A stretch of DNA of 61,270 nucleotides, counting the filler, from Chiloscyllium plagiosum (lineage: Eukaryota), in the NCBI RefSeq assembly GCF_004010195.1. It is 3 parts of one record of this genome, joined end to end, with 100 filler letters (N's around TTAATTAATTAA, not from the genome) between each part and the next. Parts side by side here need not be neighbours in the genome. Positions count along the whole stretch, not along the records: positions 1 to 12,357 come from NC_057715.1; positions 12,458 to 41,302 come from NC_057715.1; 1 more part is not named here. One strand, 5' to 3'. This document shows, in pieces, positions 1-12,730 of the stretch. A program made the position numbers and the translations under genes. Numbering within the stretch: the stretch's first letter is position 1; each line of letters begins with the position of its first letter. Below the pieces are notes generated by a model. It was given only the letters and a program-made list of their open reading frames with translations, did no database searches and was not told the DNA's origin.

Positions 1-720
1 AAATTGGCCCTCATGTTTTTTTTAATCTCTGTCCTCTCACCTTGAGTGTGCCCATTAGTCTTGTAATCCCCCATCCTACAAAAAAGACAACTGCTATTAA
101 ATCCATCTGTAGCCTTCATTATTTTATAAACTTTGGCAAAGTCACCTCTCAACCTCCTACGCTCCAATAAAAAAGGTTCCAGTCTTTCTTTACAATTCAA
201 ACCTTCCATACCCAGCAACATCCTGGTAGATCTCTTCTGAACCCTTTCCAGCTAAATAATATCTTTCCTGTAACTGGTCGACTAGAACTGGACACAGTAT
301 TCCCAAAAAGGCCTCACCAATGTCCTGTACGACCTCAACATGACTTCCCAACTCGTATAGTCAAACAATTGAGCAATGAAGGCAAGCATGCCAACTGTCT
401 TTTGAATCATCCTGTCTATGTATGATGCAAACTTCAAAGAATTATGTATAAGCCCTACCCTTTTTCAGTGTACCAAAATGCAATACCTTGCATTTATCCA
501 GATTGAACTCCGTCTGCCATTGTTCAGTCCATTGACCAATTTGTTCAAGATCTCTTTGTAATCTCAGAAAACCTTCTTCAATGTCTACTATGCCACCAAT
601 TTTGGTGTCATCTGCAAACTTACTAACCATAGCTTCTGCATGCTCTTCCAAATCATTTATATAAATACAAACAAAAGACGACCCAGAATCGATCCCTGTG
701 GAACACGACTGACAATCACC
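1..720 (-). mobile_element. CR1 (HER1-like) LINE fragment, RT C-terminal region, decayed
   Basis: ORF 442-651 reads VSKFADDTKIGG..LQRDL..W..QWQ.EFNLDKCKVLHFG, the CR1 RT C-terminus. Confidence 0.9.
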
Positions 721-734
721 ACTTCACCACAACT

Positions 735-1350
735 CTTTGTCTCCATTGCCTGGCATTTTTGTGGCATAAACTTTACTTGCCATTTGGCAACACAAGCCTG
801 GATATTGTCCACATCTGTTGTATTTGAACATGGATTGCTTCAGTATCTGAGGAGTAGTGAATGGCCCTGAATATTGTGCAATCATCTGAGAACATCCTCA
901 CTTCTGAGCTTTTGATAGAGGGAAGGTCATTGATGAAGCAGCTGAAGATGGCTGAGCATCTAGAACAATACCCTGAGAAACGCCTGCAGAGATGTCCTGG
1001 AGCTGAGATGATTGATCTCCAACATTACAGCCATCTTCTTATGTGCCAAGTATGATCCCAACCAGTGGAGAGTTTGTCCTCTGATTCCAGTAATTCCAGT
1101 TTTGTTAGAGGTCCATGATTCTACACTCGATCAAATGCAGTTTTGATGTCAAGGGCTGTCACTTACACCTCCCTACTGGAATCCAGCTGTTTTGAACTGA
1201 ATGCCATGTTTCAAACAAGATTAATGTGGTCAGTAGCTGTGTGGCCCTAGTAGAATCCAAACTCAATGTCACTAAGCAGGTTATTGCTGAGCACGTGTTT
1301 CTTGATAGCATTGTTAATGATATCTTCCATCACTTTCCTAATGATTAAAG
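735..1350 (-). mobile_element. Decayed L2/CR1-like LINE RT fragment, probably the family of 53770-54432
   Basis: Minus strand around 915-985 gives a degenerate PQGSVLGP.IFSCFINDLP RT motif. Confidence 0.65.
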
Positions 1351-1888
1351 GTATGATATTAATAATGTATTGGACTGTACAATATCTCCAAGTGTCACTA
1401 AAGAGATAAGATAGTAAAACTTTTTTTTGATGTTAAACCAGACAGCAAAACACTATGCTGGAAACAATTGTCGAAGCAAAGGTCATCATAGGGATTTGTG
1501 AGTACAGAAATTAGGATTAGAGTTAATTAAGTGTCACTGCCTAAGAAGCTCCCATTCCCAGTCACATGGATAGCAATGTAACACGCCCATTTATAAAGTG
1601 GAAGAGCTTTCAAACACTATTAATATTTTTTTAAAACATTGACTGAATATGAAAACAATAGCATTTTGTGTGTCACGTCAGGTTTCGTTTGCATACATTC
1701 TGTACATTTTTCTGCTAGCAGGAGGGAGAGAAGCATGCCCCTTCATTGTTTACCTGAAAATAAAGTCAGATAAATGGCAGCCAATGGATAGCAGTAGTTG
1801 TGAACATCTTTCTGGTAACAACAGCAGCATGAGAGGTGCTTAGTGTGTACATCAGGAAGAGCATCTTCCTGCATCCGGCAACTTATAC

Positions 1889-2012
1889 TTAGAGTCATAG
1901 AGATGTACAGCATGGAAACAGAACCTTCGGTCCAACTCGTCCATGCCAACCAGATAGCCCAACCCAATCTAGTCCACCTGCCAGCACCCGGCCCATATCC
2001 CTCCAAACCGTT
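1889..2012 (-). mobile_element. CR1/HER1 3' tail fragment
   Basis: agagtcatagagatgtacagcatggaaacag...gcccatatccctc matches the CR1 3' ends at 4496, 51491 and 58365. Confidence 0.85.
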
Positions 2013-2766
2013 CTTACTCTCTTCCTTCATACAGGAAACAAAACTTCACGGTCAAGATTGGCAAGAGTATATCTCAACATGATTTAACTCTTGATGTAAA
2101 ATACCTTAATATGATTATGTGAAGTTTACACAGTGTCCTATTGCTGTGTTGCCTCCTGTGGAGAGCATCCTGTGGACAGAACCCAAAGATGATGTTACTG
2201 TGAATATATTAGAAGTGATCTATGATCAAAGACTTAAAGGGCAATTGCAATAACTACCGTCGGTACGCAGTGCACAATGTTAATCAGCTGATTGCTGACT
2301 GGAATAATTGTATTGCTACTGGAGTAAAGAACTATAAGCTACAGAAAGGAACAGGATATGATTCAATGGACATAATTCAGTTCTAAATTCATGGTAAATC
2401 TTTAGCGTAAATTATTAGGCCTTGTGGGTAGTGTGAAAAGTGCGAAGATCGTGCAAGTTGTGAACCTGAGGATTAAAATATACTCTCATCAATATAGACT
2501 TGCAAGAAGTGCAGCTAGCCACATGTTTAAATCAATGTACTGGCTCAAGACTTAATGGATGACTTAGAATTGAGAATTTTCATTTTGGAACTGTGCCAAA
2601 GCAGATGAACAGGGAGGTGAGAGGCCTGAGTTTGATTAATCCAGAACTTGGAAGGATAGAACTATTGGCAACCCACCCAACTCAGGAAATTATGTGGTTA
2701 TAACCTGCCCAAGCAAGTTGTAAAGTTGCTTCTTGTGCCTTGATGAGATCGGTGCTAATACACAGT

Positions 2767-3096
2767 GGGTGGCATGGTGGCACGATGGCACAGTGCTTAG
2801 CACTGCTGCCTCACAATGCCAGAGACCAGGGTTCAATTCTCACCTCAGGCGACTCTGTGTGGAGTTTGCACATTCTCCCCATGTCTATGTGGGTTTCCTC
2901 CGGGTGCTTCGGTTTCCTCCCACAATCTAAAAATGTGCAGGTTAGGTGAATTGGCCAGGCTAAATTGCCCGTAGTGTTAGGTGAAGGGGTAAATGTAGGG
3001 GTATGGGTCTGGGTGGGTTGCGCTTCGGCAGGTCGGTGTGGACTTATTAGGCCGAAGGGCCTGTTTCCACACTGTAAGTAATCTAATCTAATCTAA
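2767..3096 (+). mobile_element. HE1-type tRNA-derived V-SINE
   Basis: Box A/B head, V-domain (GTGGGTTTCCTCCGGGTGCT), CR1-like tail and (AATCT)n end. Confidence 0.92.
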
Positions 3097-3324
3097 CACC
3101 TGTAACACCACCTGGGATCCACTTCATCCTGTTTACCAAGTCAAAGTTATCGGATGGATTAAAGGATCTGATTAAGTTACATACATGACAAATTACCGTC
3201 CCAAAATGATGTAGTTTAGTGGGCACTAAATTGGAGGGGTACAGCACTAATCAAGGCATGGCAATATGTCTGCATGGGGAACTCATGACCCTGAGGCATT
3301 TTGTGGGTTAACAAAATGAAGATC

Positions 3325-3423
3325 AAGGAAAAGGTGAGGACTGTATAAGCCCGAAATGTTGATTCTCCTGCTGCTTGGATGCTGCCTGACCGGCTGTGCT
3401 TTTCAAGTGCCACACTTTTCGAC
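3325..3423. mobile_element. Internally deleted Penelope-like terminal-repeat remnant (family A)
   Basis: gcccgaaatgttgattctcctgctgcttggatgctgcctgacc matches the family A terminus at 12710-12822. Confidence 0.7.
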
Positions 3424-4971
3424 CAAAATTAAGATCAAGGCCATGATGCTGGCTATAAACCATCAAAAACCGCCTATACTTCTGAGGGAGAGTACTGTGG
3501 AATTGCTAATTAAAGATCTTTTAGTTAGACAACCAAATCTTTGAGAACCATTACTCTAACTTCAGCTTTGTCCCAGAAGTCTGAGTTCAGATTGGGTTCA
3601 AGGAACTAATCACCATATACTGCTGAAACTCCTCGAACAGCGCTCAATAGGACTGTGTCAAATTGTTTAATTGCGCGGTACCACCTCTGCTAGAACACCT
3701 ATCCGGGCAATACAAGGATATTGGATTGCTCCAACCTGGGGCAGATGAATAAGACCATTAAGAAAGACAGTGAGGGCATTAAAAACTGCATGGTGACAAA
3801 ATGTGTGGAACTGGATTTAATGTACAAATCCATTCTTGATTTATTGCACAGGTATTAGTGGTCATCATTTTGTACCAGCTTCTGAAGTCTAAAGATGGAG
3901 GTTGTGATGGCTGATTGAGAGACTGGTCAAAACTATGGCCATGAAACAAGAAAAGGGGAGGTGCTGTGCTTAAAGGGGCTTAGCTGCTGGCATTAGAAAG
4001 CCCCAGCTCTACCCTATTATTAGCATATGGTTAAGCCATAAGAGGTGTAAAGTAAAAGTTTAAGTAAGTCACATTCACAGCATCTAGAAGGATCTCTGGA
4101 CATCCTTCAGGTAGTGTATATATGTGAGTGGCATCTTAACTGAGAGGGTTCTGGCCAGGGGTAACAGGAGAAATCAAAGTCAGATATTTGATTAAGAGTG
4201 ACAGTTAAATACACATCTCAGTTTACAATCGATAAATGGATCTATGAGCACTTTCTCAAAGAATGATGAGAAAACTAGCCAATACTGTAGAAATGGTGGT
4301 ATATGTCTCCATTCCTGTAGATACTTAGCTAATAATGTAAATAATAACAATTCATGATCATTCACAAACCAAAAAGGTAAGAATAAATTGAAAGTTGAAT
4401 TGGTAGAGAAACCAATAGAACCAAGACTGAAACTAACATATGATAGGGACCCTGTATTAAGTTATATATTGCGCCTGAGGAAAGTAATGTTTGCACATAG
4501 AGTCATAGAGATGTACAGCATGGAAACAGACCCTTCAGTCCAACTTGTCCTAACCTAATATAGTCCTATTTGCCAGCGCTTGGCCCATATCTCTCTAAAC
4601 CTCTAAACTCTCTATTCGTATACCAGTACAGATGCCTTTTAATAGTTGTAATTGTACCAGCCTTCCCCACAACCTCTGGCATCTCATTTCATACATGCAC
4701 CAGCCTCTGCACAAAAATATTGTCTCTTAGGTCCAATTTAAATTTTTCTCCTCTCACCCTAAACCTACGTCCACTAGTTCTGGACTCCCCCACCCCAAGG
4801 AAAAGACCATATCTACTTACCCTATCCATTCCCCTCATGATTTTATAAACCTCTATTGGGTCACCCATCAGTCTCTGATACTCCAGGGAAAACAGCCCCA
4901 GCCTGTTCAACCTCTCCCTATCAGCTGAAATCCTCCAACCCTGGCAATATCCTTGTAAAACTTTTCTGAAT

Positions 4972-5345
4972 TCGGGGCGGTATTGCACGGGGTTGGGGGT
5001 GGTGTTGCGGGAGGCGGGTTTGGAGGTGGGGGCAATGTTGCATGGGGTTGGGGGCGGGGGGTGGTGTTTCACGGGCTTGGGGGCATGGGACGGCGTTGCA
5101 TGGGGTTGGTAGCAGGGGCAGTGTTGCACGGGGTTGGGGCGGTGTTGGGGGGTAGGTTTGGGGTGGGGACGATGTTGGGTGGGGAGTTGGGGGCGAGAGA
5201 TGTTGCATGAGGTTGGGGTGAGGGAGCAGTGTGGCACAGAGTTGGGAGCGAGGAGCGGTGTGGCACGGATTTGGGCACGGCGAGCGGTGTGGCACGGGTT
5301 TGGGGGTGGGACGGCAGTTTTGGGGATGAGGTCTCACGCACTGTG
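4972..5345. repeat. GC-rich degenerate minisatellite (unit like GGGGGCGGTGTTGCACGGGGTT)
   Basis: Recurring tgttgca(c/t)gggg and tgtggcac units separated by G-runs; explains the Pro/His- and Gly-rich spurious ORFs. Confidence 0.85.
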
Positions 5346-5487
5346 CTGCTGCCTTACCTCCTGAATGGGGAGCAGACTTTAAAAACTCCAAGCCTTAGTG
5401 GAAAGTCATTTAATTGATGAACCGAATAATCAATTGTCCAAACGAAATAGTGCCCGCTCATCACGATCGGATAATCGAGGTTCCCCG
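4972..5487. mobile_element. Partial pogo/Tigger-like MITE (right end only) carrying the minisatellite
   Basis: Ends GGATAATCGAGGTTCCCCG followed by TA, the same TIR type as 40876-41049; the host CR1 resumes at that TA. Confidence 0.65.
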
Positions 5488-6622
5488 TACTCAATGTTCT
5501 GACCATTAAGGAAAGCATACTAAACACCTTCTTCTCTATCTTATCCACTTGCGACTCTACTTTCTAGGAATTATGAACCTGCACTCCAAGGTCTCTATGT
5601 TCAGCAACACTCCCCAGGACCTCACCAGAAAGTATATAAGTCCTGCTCTGATTTACCTTTCTAAAATGCAGCACCTCACATTTATCTAAATTAAACTCCA
5701 TCAGCCACTCCTCAGCCCATTGGCCTATCTGATCAAGATCCGATTATACTCTGAGGTAACCTTCTTCACTGTCTACTAAACCTCCAACTCCCAAACTTAC
5801 CAACTATACCTCCTATGTTCAAATCCAAATAATTTAAGTGACAAAAAGCAGTGGACCCAGCATCGATCCTTGTGGCACACCACTGGTCTCAGACCTTCAG
5901 TCTGAAAAACAATCCTCTACCACCATCCTCTGTCTTCTACCTTCGAGCCAGTTCTATATCCAAATGTCTAGTTCTCCCTGTATTCCATGAGATCTAACCT
6001 TGTTAACAGTCTACTGTGAGAAACCTTGTCAAACACCTTACTGAAGTCCATATAGATCATGTCCATCACTCTGCCCTCATCAATCTTCTTTGTCAATTCT
6101 TAAAAAAACTCATTCAAGTTTCTGAGACATGATTTCCGACGTACAAAGCCATGTTGACTATCCCTAATCAGTCCTTCCCTTTCCAAATGCATGTAAATCC
6201 TGTCTGTCAGGCTTCCCTCCAATAGCTTACCAACCACCAATGTCAAGCTCACTGGTCTGCAGTTCCCTGGATTTTCCTTATCACCTTTCTTAACTAGTTG
6301 CACCACATTAGCCAACCTACAGTCTTCCAGCATCTCACCTGTGACTATTGATGGTCCAAAATCTCAGCAAGGGTCCCAGCAATTGCTTTCATTGCTTCCC
6401 ACAGAGTTCTTGGGTACACCTGATCAGGTTCTGGGGACTTATCCACTTTTAAGACATCCAGCACAACCTACTCTATAATATGGACATTTTTCAAGGTGTC
6501 ACCATCTATTTCCCCACATTCTATATCTTCCACGTCCTTCTCCACAGTAACACTGATGCAAAATACTCATTTAGTATCTTCCCCACCTCCTATGGTAGGC
6601 TGCCTTGCTGATCTTTGAGGGG

Positions 6623-6829
6623 AGAAAGTGAGGACTGCAGATGCTGGAGATCAGAGCTGAAAATGTGGAAAAGCGCAGCAAGTCAGGCCGCATCCAAGGA
6701 ACAGGAGAATCACGTTTCGGGCACAAGCCCGAAGATTCCTGAAGAAGGGCTTGTGCCCGAAACGTCGATTCTCCTGTTCCTTGGATGCTGCCTGACCTGC
6801 TGCGCTTTTCCAGCAACACATTTTCAGCT
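6623..6829. mobile_element. Fold-back Penelope-like insertion (family A) inside CR1
   Basis: Two inverted pLTR arms; CTGATCTTTGAGGGG duplicated at 6608-6622 and 6830-6844. Confidence 0.88.
6735..6770 (+). ncRNA. Minimal type I hammerhead ribozyme motif (family A)
   Basis: CTGAAGA-A-GGGC(TTGT)GCCC-GAAA-CG-TC; intact core, short stem I. Confidence 0.75.
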
Positions 6830-8629
6830 CTGATCTTTGAGGGGCCCTATTCTCTCCCTAGTTACCCTTTTGTCCTTAATTTATTTATAAAATCTCCTTA
6901 ACCCTATTTGCAAAGCTATCTCATGTCTCCTTTTTGCTCTCCTGATTTCCCTCTTATGTATACTCCTACTGCCTTTATAGTTTTCTAAGGATTCACTTGG
7001 TCTCTGCTGTCTATGCTTGACATATGCTTTCTTCTTGTTCTTGATCAAAACCTCAATTTCTCTCATCATTCAATATTCCCTACACTTACCAACCTTGCCT
7101 TTCACCCTAACAGGAACATTCTGTCTCTGGACTCTCGCTATCTCATTTTTGAAGGCTTTCCATTTTCCAGTTGTCCCTTTACCTGAAAATATCTGTCCCC
7201 AGTCAGCTTTTGCAAGTATTTATCTAATACCATCAAAATTGGCCTTGCTCCAATTTAAAACCTTTATTTTTATACCCGGTTTGTCTGTTTCCATCACTAT
7301 TTTAAATCTAATAGAATTATGCTTGCTGGTCGCAAACTGTTCCCACACTGACACCTCAGTCACCTGCCCTGCCTTATTTCCCAAGAGTAGGTCAAGTTTT
7401 GTACATTCTCTAGTAGGTACATCCACATACTTAATCAGAAAATTTGCTTGTGCACTCTTAATAAATTTCTCTTCATCTAAACCCTTAACACTTTGGCAGT
7501 CCCATTCTATGTTTAGAAAGTTAAAATCCTCTACCATAACCACCCTATTATTCTTACAGATTATTGAGATCTCCCTCTAACTTTGTTTCTCAATTTTCTG
7601 CTGACTATTAGGGGGTCTATAATACAATCCCAATAAGGTGATCATCCATTTCCTATTTCTCAGTTCAACCCAAATAACTTCCCTAGATGTATTCCCAAGA
7701 ATATCCTTCCTATGTACAGCGGTAATGCTATCCCTTATCTAAAATGCCACTTCCCCTCCTCTCTTGCTTCTCTTTCTATCCTTCCTATAGCATTTGTATC
7801 CTGGAACATTAAGCTGCCAGTCCTGTCCATCCTCCCAGTCCCATGTTCCTAACCATGCCCTGAGTTCATCTGCCTCCCCTGTTAGGCCTCTTGCATTCAA
7901 GTAAATGCAGTCTAATTTATCAGTCCTACCATGTTCTCTGCTTCGTTCCTGCCTTCCTTGACTGTTTGACTCCTCCTTTTCTCAACTGTACCTGTCTCAG
8001 ATTGATCTCTTTCCTCACTATTTCCCTGGGTCTCAACCCCCCACCTGACTAGTTTAAATCCTCCCGAGCAGCTCTCTTAAATCCTCCTGCCATTATATTA
8101 GTCCCCTTCCAATTCAGGTGCAATTCGTCCTTGTACCGCAGAAAAGATTCCAATAGTCCAAAAATGTAAACATTTATAACAAGTAGTTGCAATAAGTGCT
8201 TGTCAGATTCCTCACTATGACATTATCAATATTAACTAAGTTATAGTAGATACATTAAGCATTGCTACATTGGGTAAAATATCACGTTTGAGGCAAAGTC
8301 ATAACACAAGGATTGCTTTACTCAACACTTTCTCTATTCCCTTAAATGCCCATTGAAATATAAGAAAATGGTAGATCAGGAAAGACAGCCTTATCCATTT
8401 GACCTGCCCAGCAGCCACATTTCAGCTAAGGATCGTACTCACAATACTGTTCCCCACTTAGATGTAAGACTAAGAAAACTAGTAAATTATTCCTGCAATA
8501 ACAGTGTGGCTTGACATACTAGCATTTCAGCATTACAAATTGAAGATATGGTCAGCCAACTGCCTAAGTTGGTTCTTGAATCAACTATACCATTCATGTA
8601 TATTAAAAAGGGTCCAGCAGCGTTGATGA

Positions 8630-8856
8630 TAGCAGTGATGTATTAATCCAATTACAAAATTATATTCAGGGAAAAAGAAATCCAGTTCACTAATGCCCAA
8701 TAGGGAAGGAAATCTACCATCATTACCTCATCTGACTTATATGTGACTCCAGACTGACAGCAATGTGGTTGATACTTAACTGCCCACTGGGAAATTAGGA
8801 ATACACAATCAATGTTGGTTCAGCATATAATGCCTACAATCCATGAGTGAATAAAG
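8630..8856 (+). mobile_element. Old SINE sharing its 3' tail with the L2/CR1-like LINE
   Basis: Core gttcactaatg..agggaaggaaatct..tgtgactccagac..gcaatgtggttga; tail resembles 54360-54432; also at about 9800, 29000 and 35800. Confidence 0.6.
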
Positions 8857-9789
8857 CAACTTCTCAGCAGAATGTGGAGATCAGTTTGTAAATTTAATGA
8901 AGTTTGAATTGTATCAGATTAGATTAGATTTCCCACAGTTCGAGTGAAGTGGCCTTCTCAATGTTGGTCTTGAAGGCTTCTCCTGAGAAGATCCTTTGTT
9001 CTGCTAGCTTATCTCAAAAAATGCTCGGTTTCCAAAAAACTCTCTGGCACTCAGCAAATAAATTGATAAAAGCAAATAAATTGATAAATTGTTTAATTCC
9101 AGGCTTTGGAGTTCACTGGTAAACCATTCCCAAATGTTTACACTAAGTAATAAAGAGCCACATTCCATACTCCAAACAAAGTAGTATGGTGCCAGTCTGT
9201 CTCGCTGACAGCCATGACACTTGCCATATTTGGTCAACACAGAAAACTGCAGGTCAAAACTGCAGTTTTAATGGAGGTCAGAGTTCAAACTAGCCTGACC
9301 AAAATCCCAGCATGCTTGAGTCGCACTTAACCAATCTTGTAAGCTCGTCTGCTGTTGACCACTTGACCACACAAAGAATATGTAAATGTTCACAGGTATT
9401 CTTCTTTACTAATGCCATTCTTTTGAGCTCAGACAGCTTTCTTTAAGTATTCGTGGAATGTAGGAGTGCTAGAAAAGTCAACATTTGCGCACTATCCCAA
9501 AATTACCCCTGAATTTTGAGAGTGTCTACTGACATCCTGACACCTGTTTTCAGTATGTGTGCAAAAGGACTCTAGCCAGCTATGCCAGTGACATCATTCC
9601 ATCCATTTATTGTGGATATTTGGTGCTGTCATGTGTATTTTACTGGCAGGGCACTTCACAAAGTTTGCACGCACAGGGCTTTCCACATTGTAAACTTTTC
9701 AGCAGGTTGTCAGCCTTGAATTTAACGCTGCAACTGTGAGAACAAAGCAGCTTTAATGTTTCATCAGTTCAACCTCCAGCTTCTGCAAT

Positions 9790-9960
9790 TCTTAGCTTTA
9801 TTTTATTCTTGAATTCAACAACCTGCTTAGCCACACAACTGTGGATCTGAAATCACATGTAGCCCAGACCAGGAAAGGGCAGCAGATTTCCTTCCCGACA
9901 GAACAATAGTGAAACAAATGGAATTTATTTACAAACAACAACAACTTCTTGGCTGGCCTT
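9790..9960 (-). mobile_element. Old SINE fragment, family of 8630-8856
   Basis: tctgaaatcacatgtagcccagaccagg..gcagatttccttccc is the reverse complement of the core. Confidence 0.55.
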
Positions 9961-10387
9961 TTCAAAAACTCAAATGGCGGTGGAGTTGAGCTTCTGAGAG
10001 CTCATCTGCTCTGTCCATTTTTGTTTTAGTTTCTTTTCTTTTTTACCCATCTTTTTCCCTCATTTCTTTTCTTTCTCTTTTATTCTACTTACCTCTTGAT
10101 GAAGACTTTAATCACAGCGATAGCATTGACGGTGAATGAGCCTAGCATGGACCCATGGCAGTAACGGAGGTGAGTTTGGATTCCTGGCAGCTTCTGCATT
10201 AATGAGGCTGTCCTAGCACTGATTCATGCCTGCTTTGGCAGAGGCGAGTTTGGGTCCCAGTGGTGTTTGCGTACAGTGCAGATTCATGGAGGCAGCAATG
10301 GAGGTAAGTTTGGGCCCAGTATGAGACCTGGCAGCATTAGAGGTGGCTGTATCAGCAAGGTGGGCCTAGAGTGGACTCATGGCAGTG

Positions 10388-10591
10388 GAAAATGAGGATG
10401 ACAGATGCTGGAGATCAGAGTTGAAAAATGTGGCACTGGAAAAGCACAGCAGGTCAGGCAGCATCCGAGGAGCAAGAGAGTCGATGTTTTGGGTAGGACT
10501 GTCCTGATGAAGGGCTAATGCCCACAACATTGACTCTCCTGCTCCTCGGATGTGCCTGACTTGTGCTTTTCCATCACCACACTTTTCGATG
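10388..10591. mobile_element. Fold-back Penelope-like insertion (family A), decayed hammerhead
   Basis: Inverted arms; TSD CATGGCAGTG at 10378-10387 and 10592-10601. Confidence 0.85.
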
Positions 10592-10757
10592 CATGGCAGT
10601 GACATTGAGTATTATGTAGTGCAGTACTCAGCAGCTTTAATGGTGTGAGGGCATTGGTGGAGGAGAGATGACACCAAAGAGTGGCGATTTACATACCTGT
10701 AACAGTGGTACAGTGAAAGGAACTCATGCCTAGCCACCAGGCCCATGGCCCATAGCA

Positions 10758-11814
10758 GAGTGGCACGGTGGCTCAGTCATTAGCACTGCTGCTTCACAGC
10801 ACCAGGGACCCAAGTTTGATTCCCGCCTCGGGTGACTGTTTGTGTGGAGTTTGCATATTCTCCCCGTGTCTGCTTGGGTTTCCTCCGGGTGCTCAAATTT
10901 CCTCCCACAGTCCAAAGATGTGTAGGTTAGGTGAATTGGCCATGCTAAATTGCCCATAGTGGGATATAGGTAAAATAGTGTTACTTCTGCAATCATAATT
11001 ACTTATGCAAGGTAAATGAACTCACACCAGTGTATAATTGTTTCAGCCATGAGCTGAGTCAACAAGAATGAAAACTATGTGAAGGAAATACATAATTGTT
11101 ATTGTGTTAGCTAAAATGTGCATGCAAGAATGAAATGTGCCTGCAAACAATGGTAGATGTTACAGACAAATAGATAAGGCGCTGTGAGGGGAGGGAGTTA
11201 AGCTAGATAAGCCTGTACAAACAGTAGTTATAAGCATCTATTTCCCGCTTCTGCAAAAACAAGAATAAACCACAATCAAGAAGTCATGAGGTCATAAGAT
11301 CATAACAAGTGAGGGAAACAGATGGTAATGAAGGAGGATATACCTAACAATGGACCACGGCGAGATGTGGTCAAACGGTCTTGTGAGGCCAGAAATAAGC
11401 ATTTTGTCACAGACAAGGCCGGATAAGACAGGAGATGAACAAGAGTAATGGGCGCTGGTCTTAGAGAAGTGGGAGATGTAAACAGGAGAGGAGCAATGGG
11501 AGGAGAGAAGGGAAACAAATTACATAAATATTGTGTACTAGTTGAATTCAATGTGTTTGTGTCCCTGCCTTGTGGACAGTGGACACAACACCCCGCTTGC
11601 AAGAGCGAAATAAATGACACTACTGATTCAGACCTTGTCTCGGACTGAAATTATAGAAGTGAGTGAGCTTCGTTTCTCACACTCATCGTGTTAGGTACAT
11701 TAGTCAGGGGTAAATATAGGGTAGGGGAATGGATCTGGGTGGGTTACTCTTTGGAGGGTCAGTGTGGACTTGATGGGCCAGATGGCCTGTTTCCATACTA
11801 TAAGGAATCTAATC
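10758..11814 (+). mobile_element. HE1 V-SINE split by a solo LTR (SINE parts about 10758-10957 and 11687-11814)
   Basis: 5' half ends ctaaattgcccat; 3' half resumes gtgttaggtacattagtcagggg...aatctaatc. Confidence 0.88.
10958..11681 (+). mobile_element. Solo LTR (ERV or LTR retrotransposon, family unassigned)
   Basis: About 724 bp interrupting a SINE; ends (a)GTGGGATA...TTTCTCACA; near-TSD CCCAT/CTCAT; TATA-like CATAAATA at about 11524; AATAAA at about 11609. Confidence 0.7.
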
Positions 11815-12357
11815 AGACCACTCAATAACAAGAACTGTAAAGCTGAACACCTTTTAACTTGATGTATTTTTTTTTGCATCTATATTCTGTGTTTTGGTTT
11901 ATTTTTCTGTGTTTTAAGATGAGGCCGTAGTGTGGCAAATGATACAACATTTTTCCCTCATACGGTTCCTGTCCCCATTAGTCCAAGAACTCCCCACCTA
12001 CGTTCGTGACACCACCCACGCCCTCCACCTCCTCCAGGATTTCCGCTTCCCCGGTCCCCAACGCCTCATCTTCACCATGGACACCCAGTCCCTGTACACC
12101 TCCATCCCCCATCACGAAGGACTCAAAGCACTCCGCTTCTGCCTTTCCCGCCGTACCACCCAGTACCCTTCCACCGACACCCTCCTTCGACTGACCGAAC
12201 TGGTCCTCACCCTGAACAACTTTTCTTTCCAATCCTCCCACTTTCTCCAAACAAAAGGAGTAGCCATGGGCACCCGCATGGGCACCAGCTATGCCTGCCT
12301 CTTCGTAGGGTATGTGGAACAATCCATCTTCCGCAACGACACTGGCCCCACCCCCCA

Positions 12358-12457
12358 NNNNNNNNNNNNNNNNNNNNNNNNNNNNNNNNNNNNNNNNNNN
12401 NTTAATTAATTAANNNNNNNNNNNNNNNNNNNNNNNNNNNNNNNNNNNNNNNNNNNN
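12358..12457. other. Assembly gap: 44 N + TTAATTAATTAA + 44 N
   Basis: Exactly 100 nt; the linker has stops in all six frames; identical structure at 41303-41402. Confidence 0.97.
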
Positions 12458-12694
12458 TGAACTCGGGTTTCACCAGTTTCCTCATTTCCCCTCCCCCCCC
12501 CTTGTCTCAGTCAAATCCATCGAATTCAGCACCGCCTTCCTAACCTGCAATCTTCTTCCCGACCTCTCCGCCCCCACCCCAGTCTGACCTATCACCCTCA
12601 CCTTGACCTCTTTCCACCTATCGTATTTCCGACGCCCCTCCCCCAAGTCCCTCCTCCCTACCTTTTATCTTAGCCTGCTGGACACACTTTCCTC

Positions 12695-12730
12695 ATTCCT
12701 GAAGAAGGGCTTATGCCTGAAACGTCGATT
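12695..12730 (+). ncRNA. Minimal hammerhead ribozyme motif (family A)
   Basis: CTGAAGA-A-GGGC(TTAT)GCCT-GAAA-CG-TC; G-U pair at the base of stem II. Confidence 0.68.

Larger units (their letters stand above)
4496..8170 (-). mobile_element. Long CR1 (HER1-like) LINE covering APE endonuclease, RT and 3' tail; decayed, with nested insertions
   Basis: ORFs 7220-7543 (DFNFLNIEW..LDLLLGN), 6100-6333 (KENPGNCRPVSLT..QHGF) and the RLNRLGLFSLE segment; tail at 4496. Confidence 0.93.

Noticed and set aside
1690..1770. Minus-strand acceptor TTTATTTTCAG|GTAAAC as an exon start or recursive splice site
   Set aside because: Isolated motif followed by early stops in all frames; expected by chance
4689..5417. 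Pro/His-rich and Gly-rich ORFs up to 182 aa
   Set aside because: Translations of a GC-rich minisatellite fused to CR1 sequence
12402..12413. TTAATTAATTAA as a biological palindrome (also at 41347-41358)
   Set aside because: Centred in identical 44N-12-44N gaps; an artificial six-frame-stop linker
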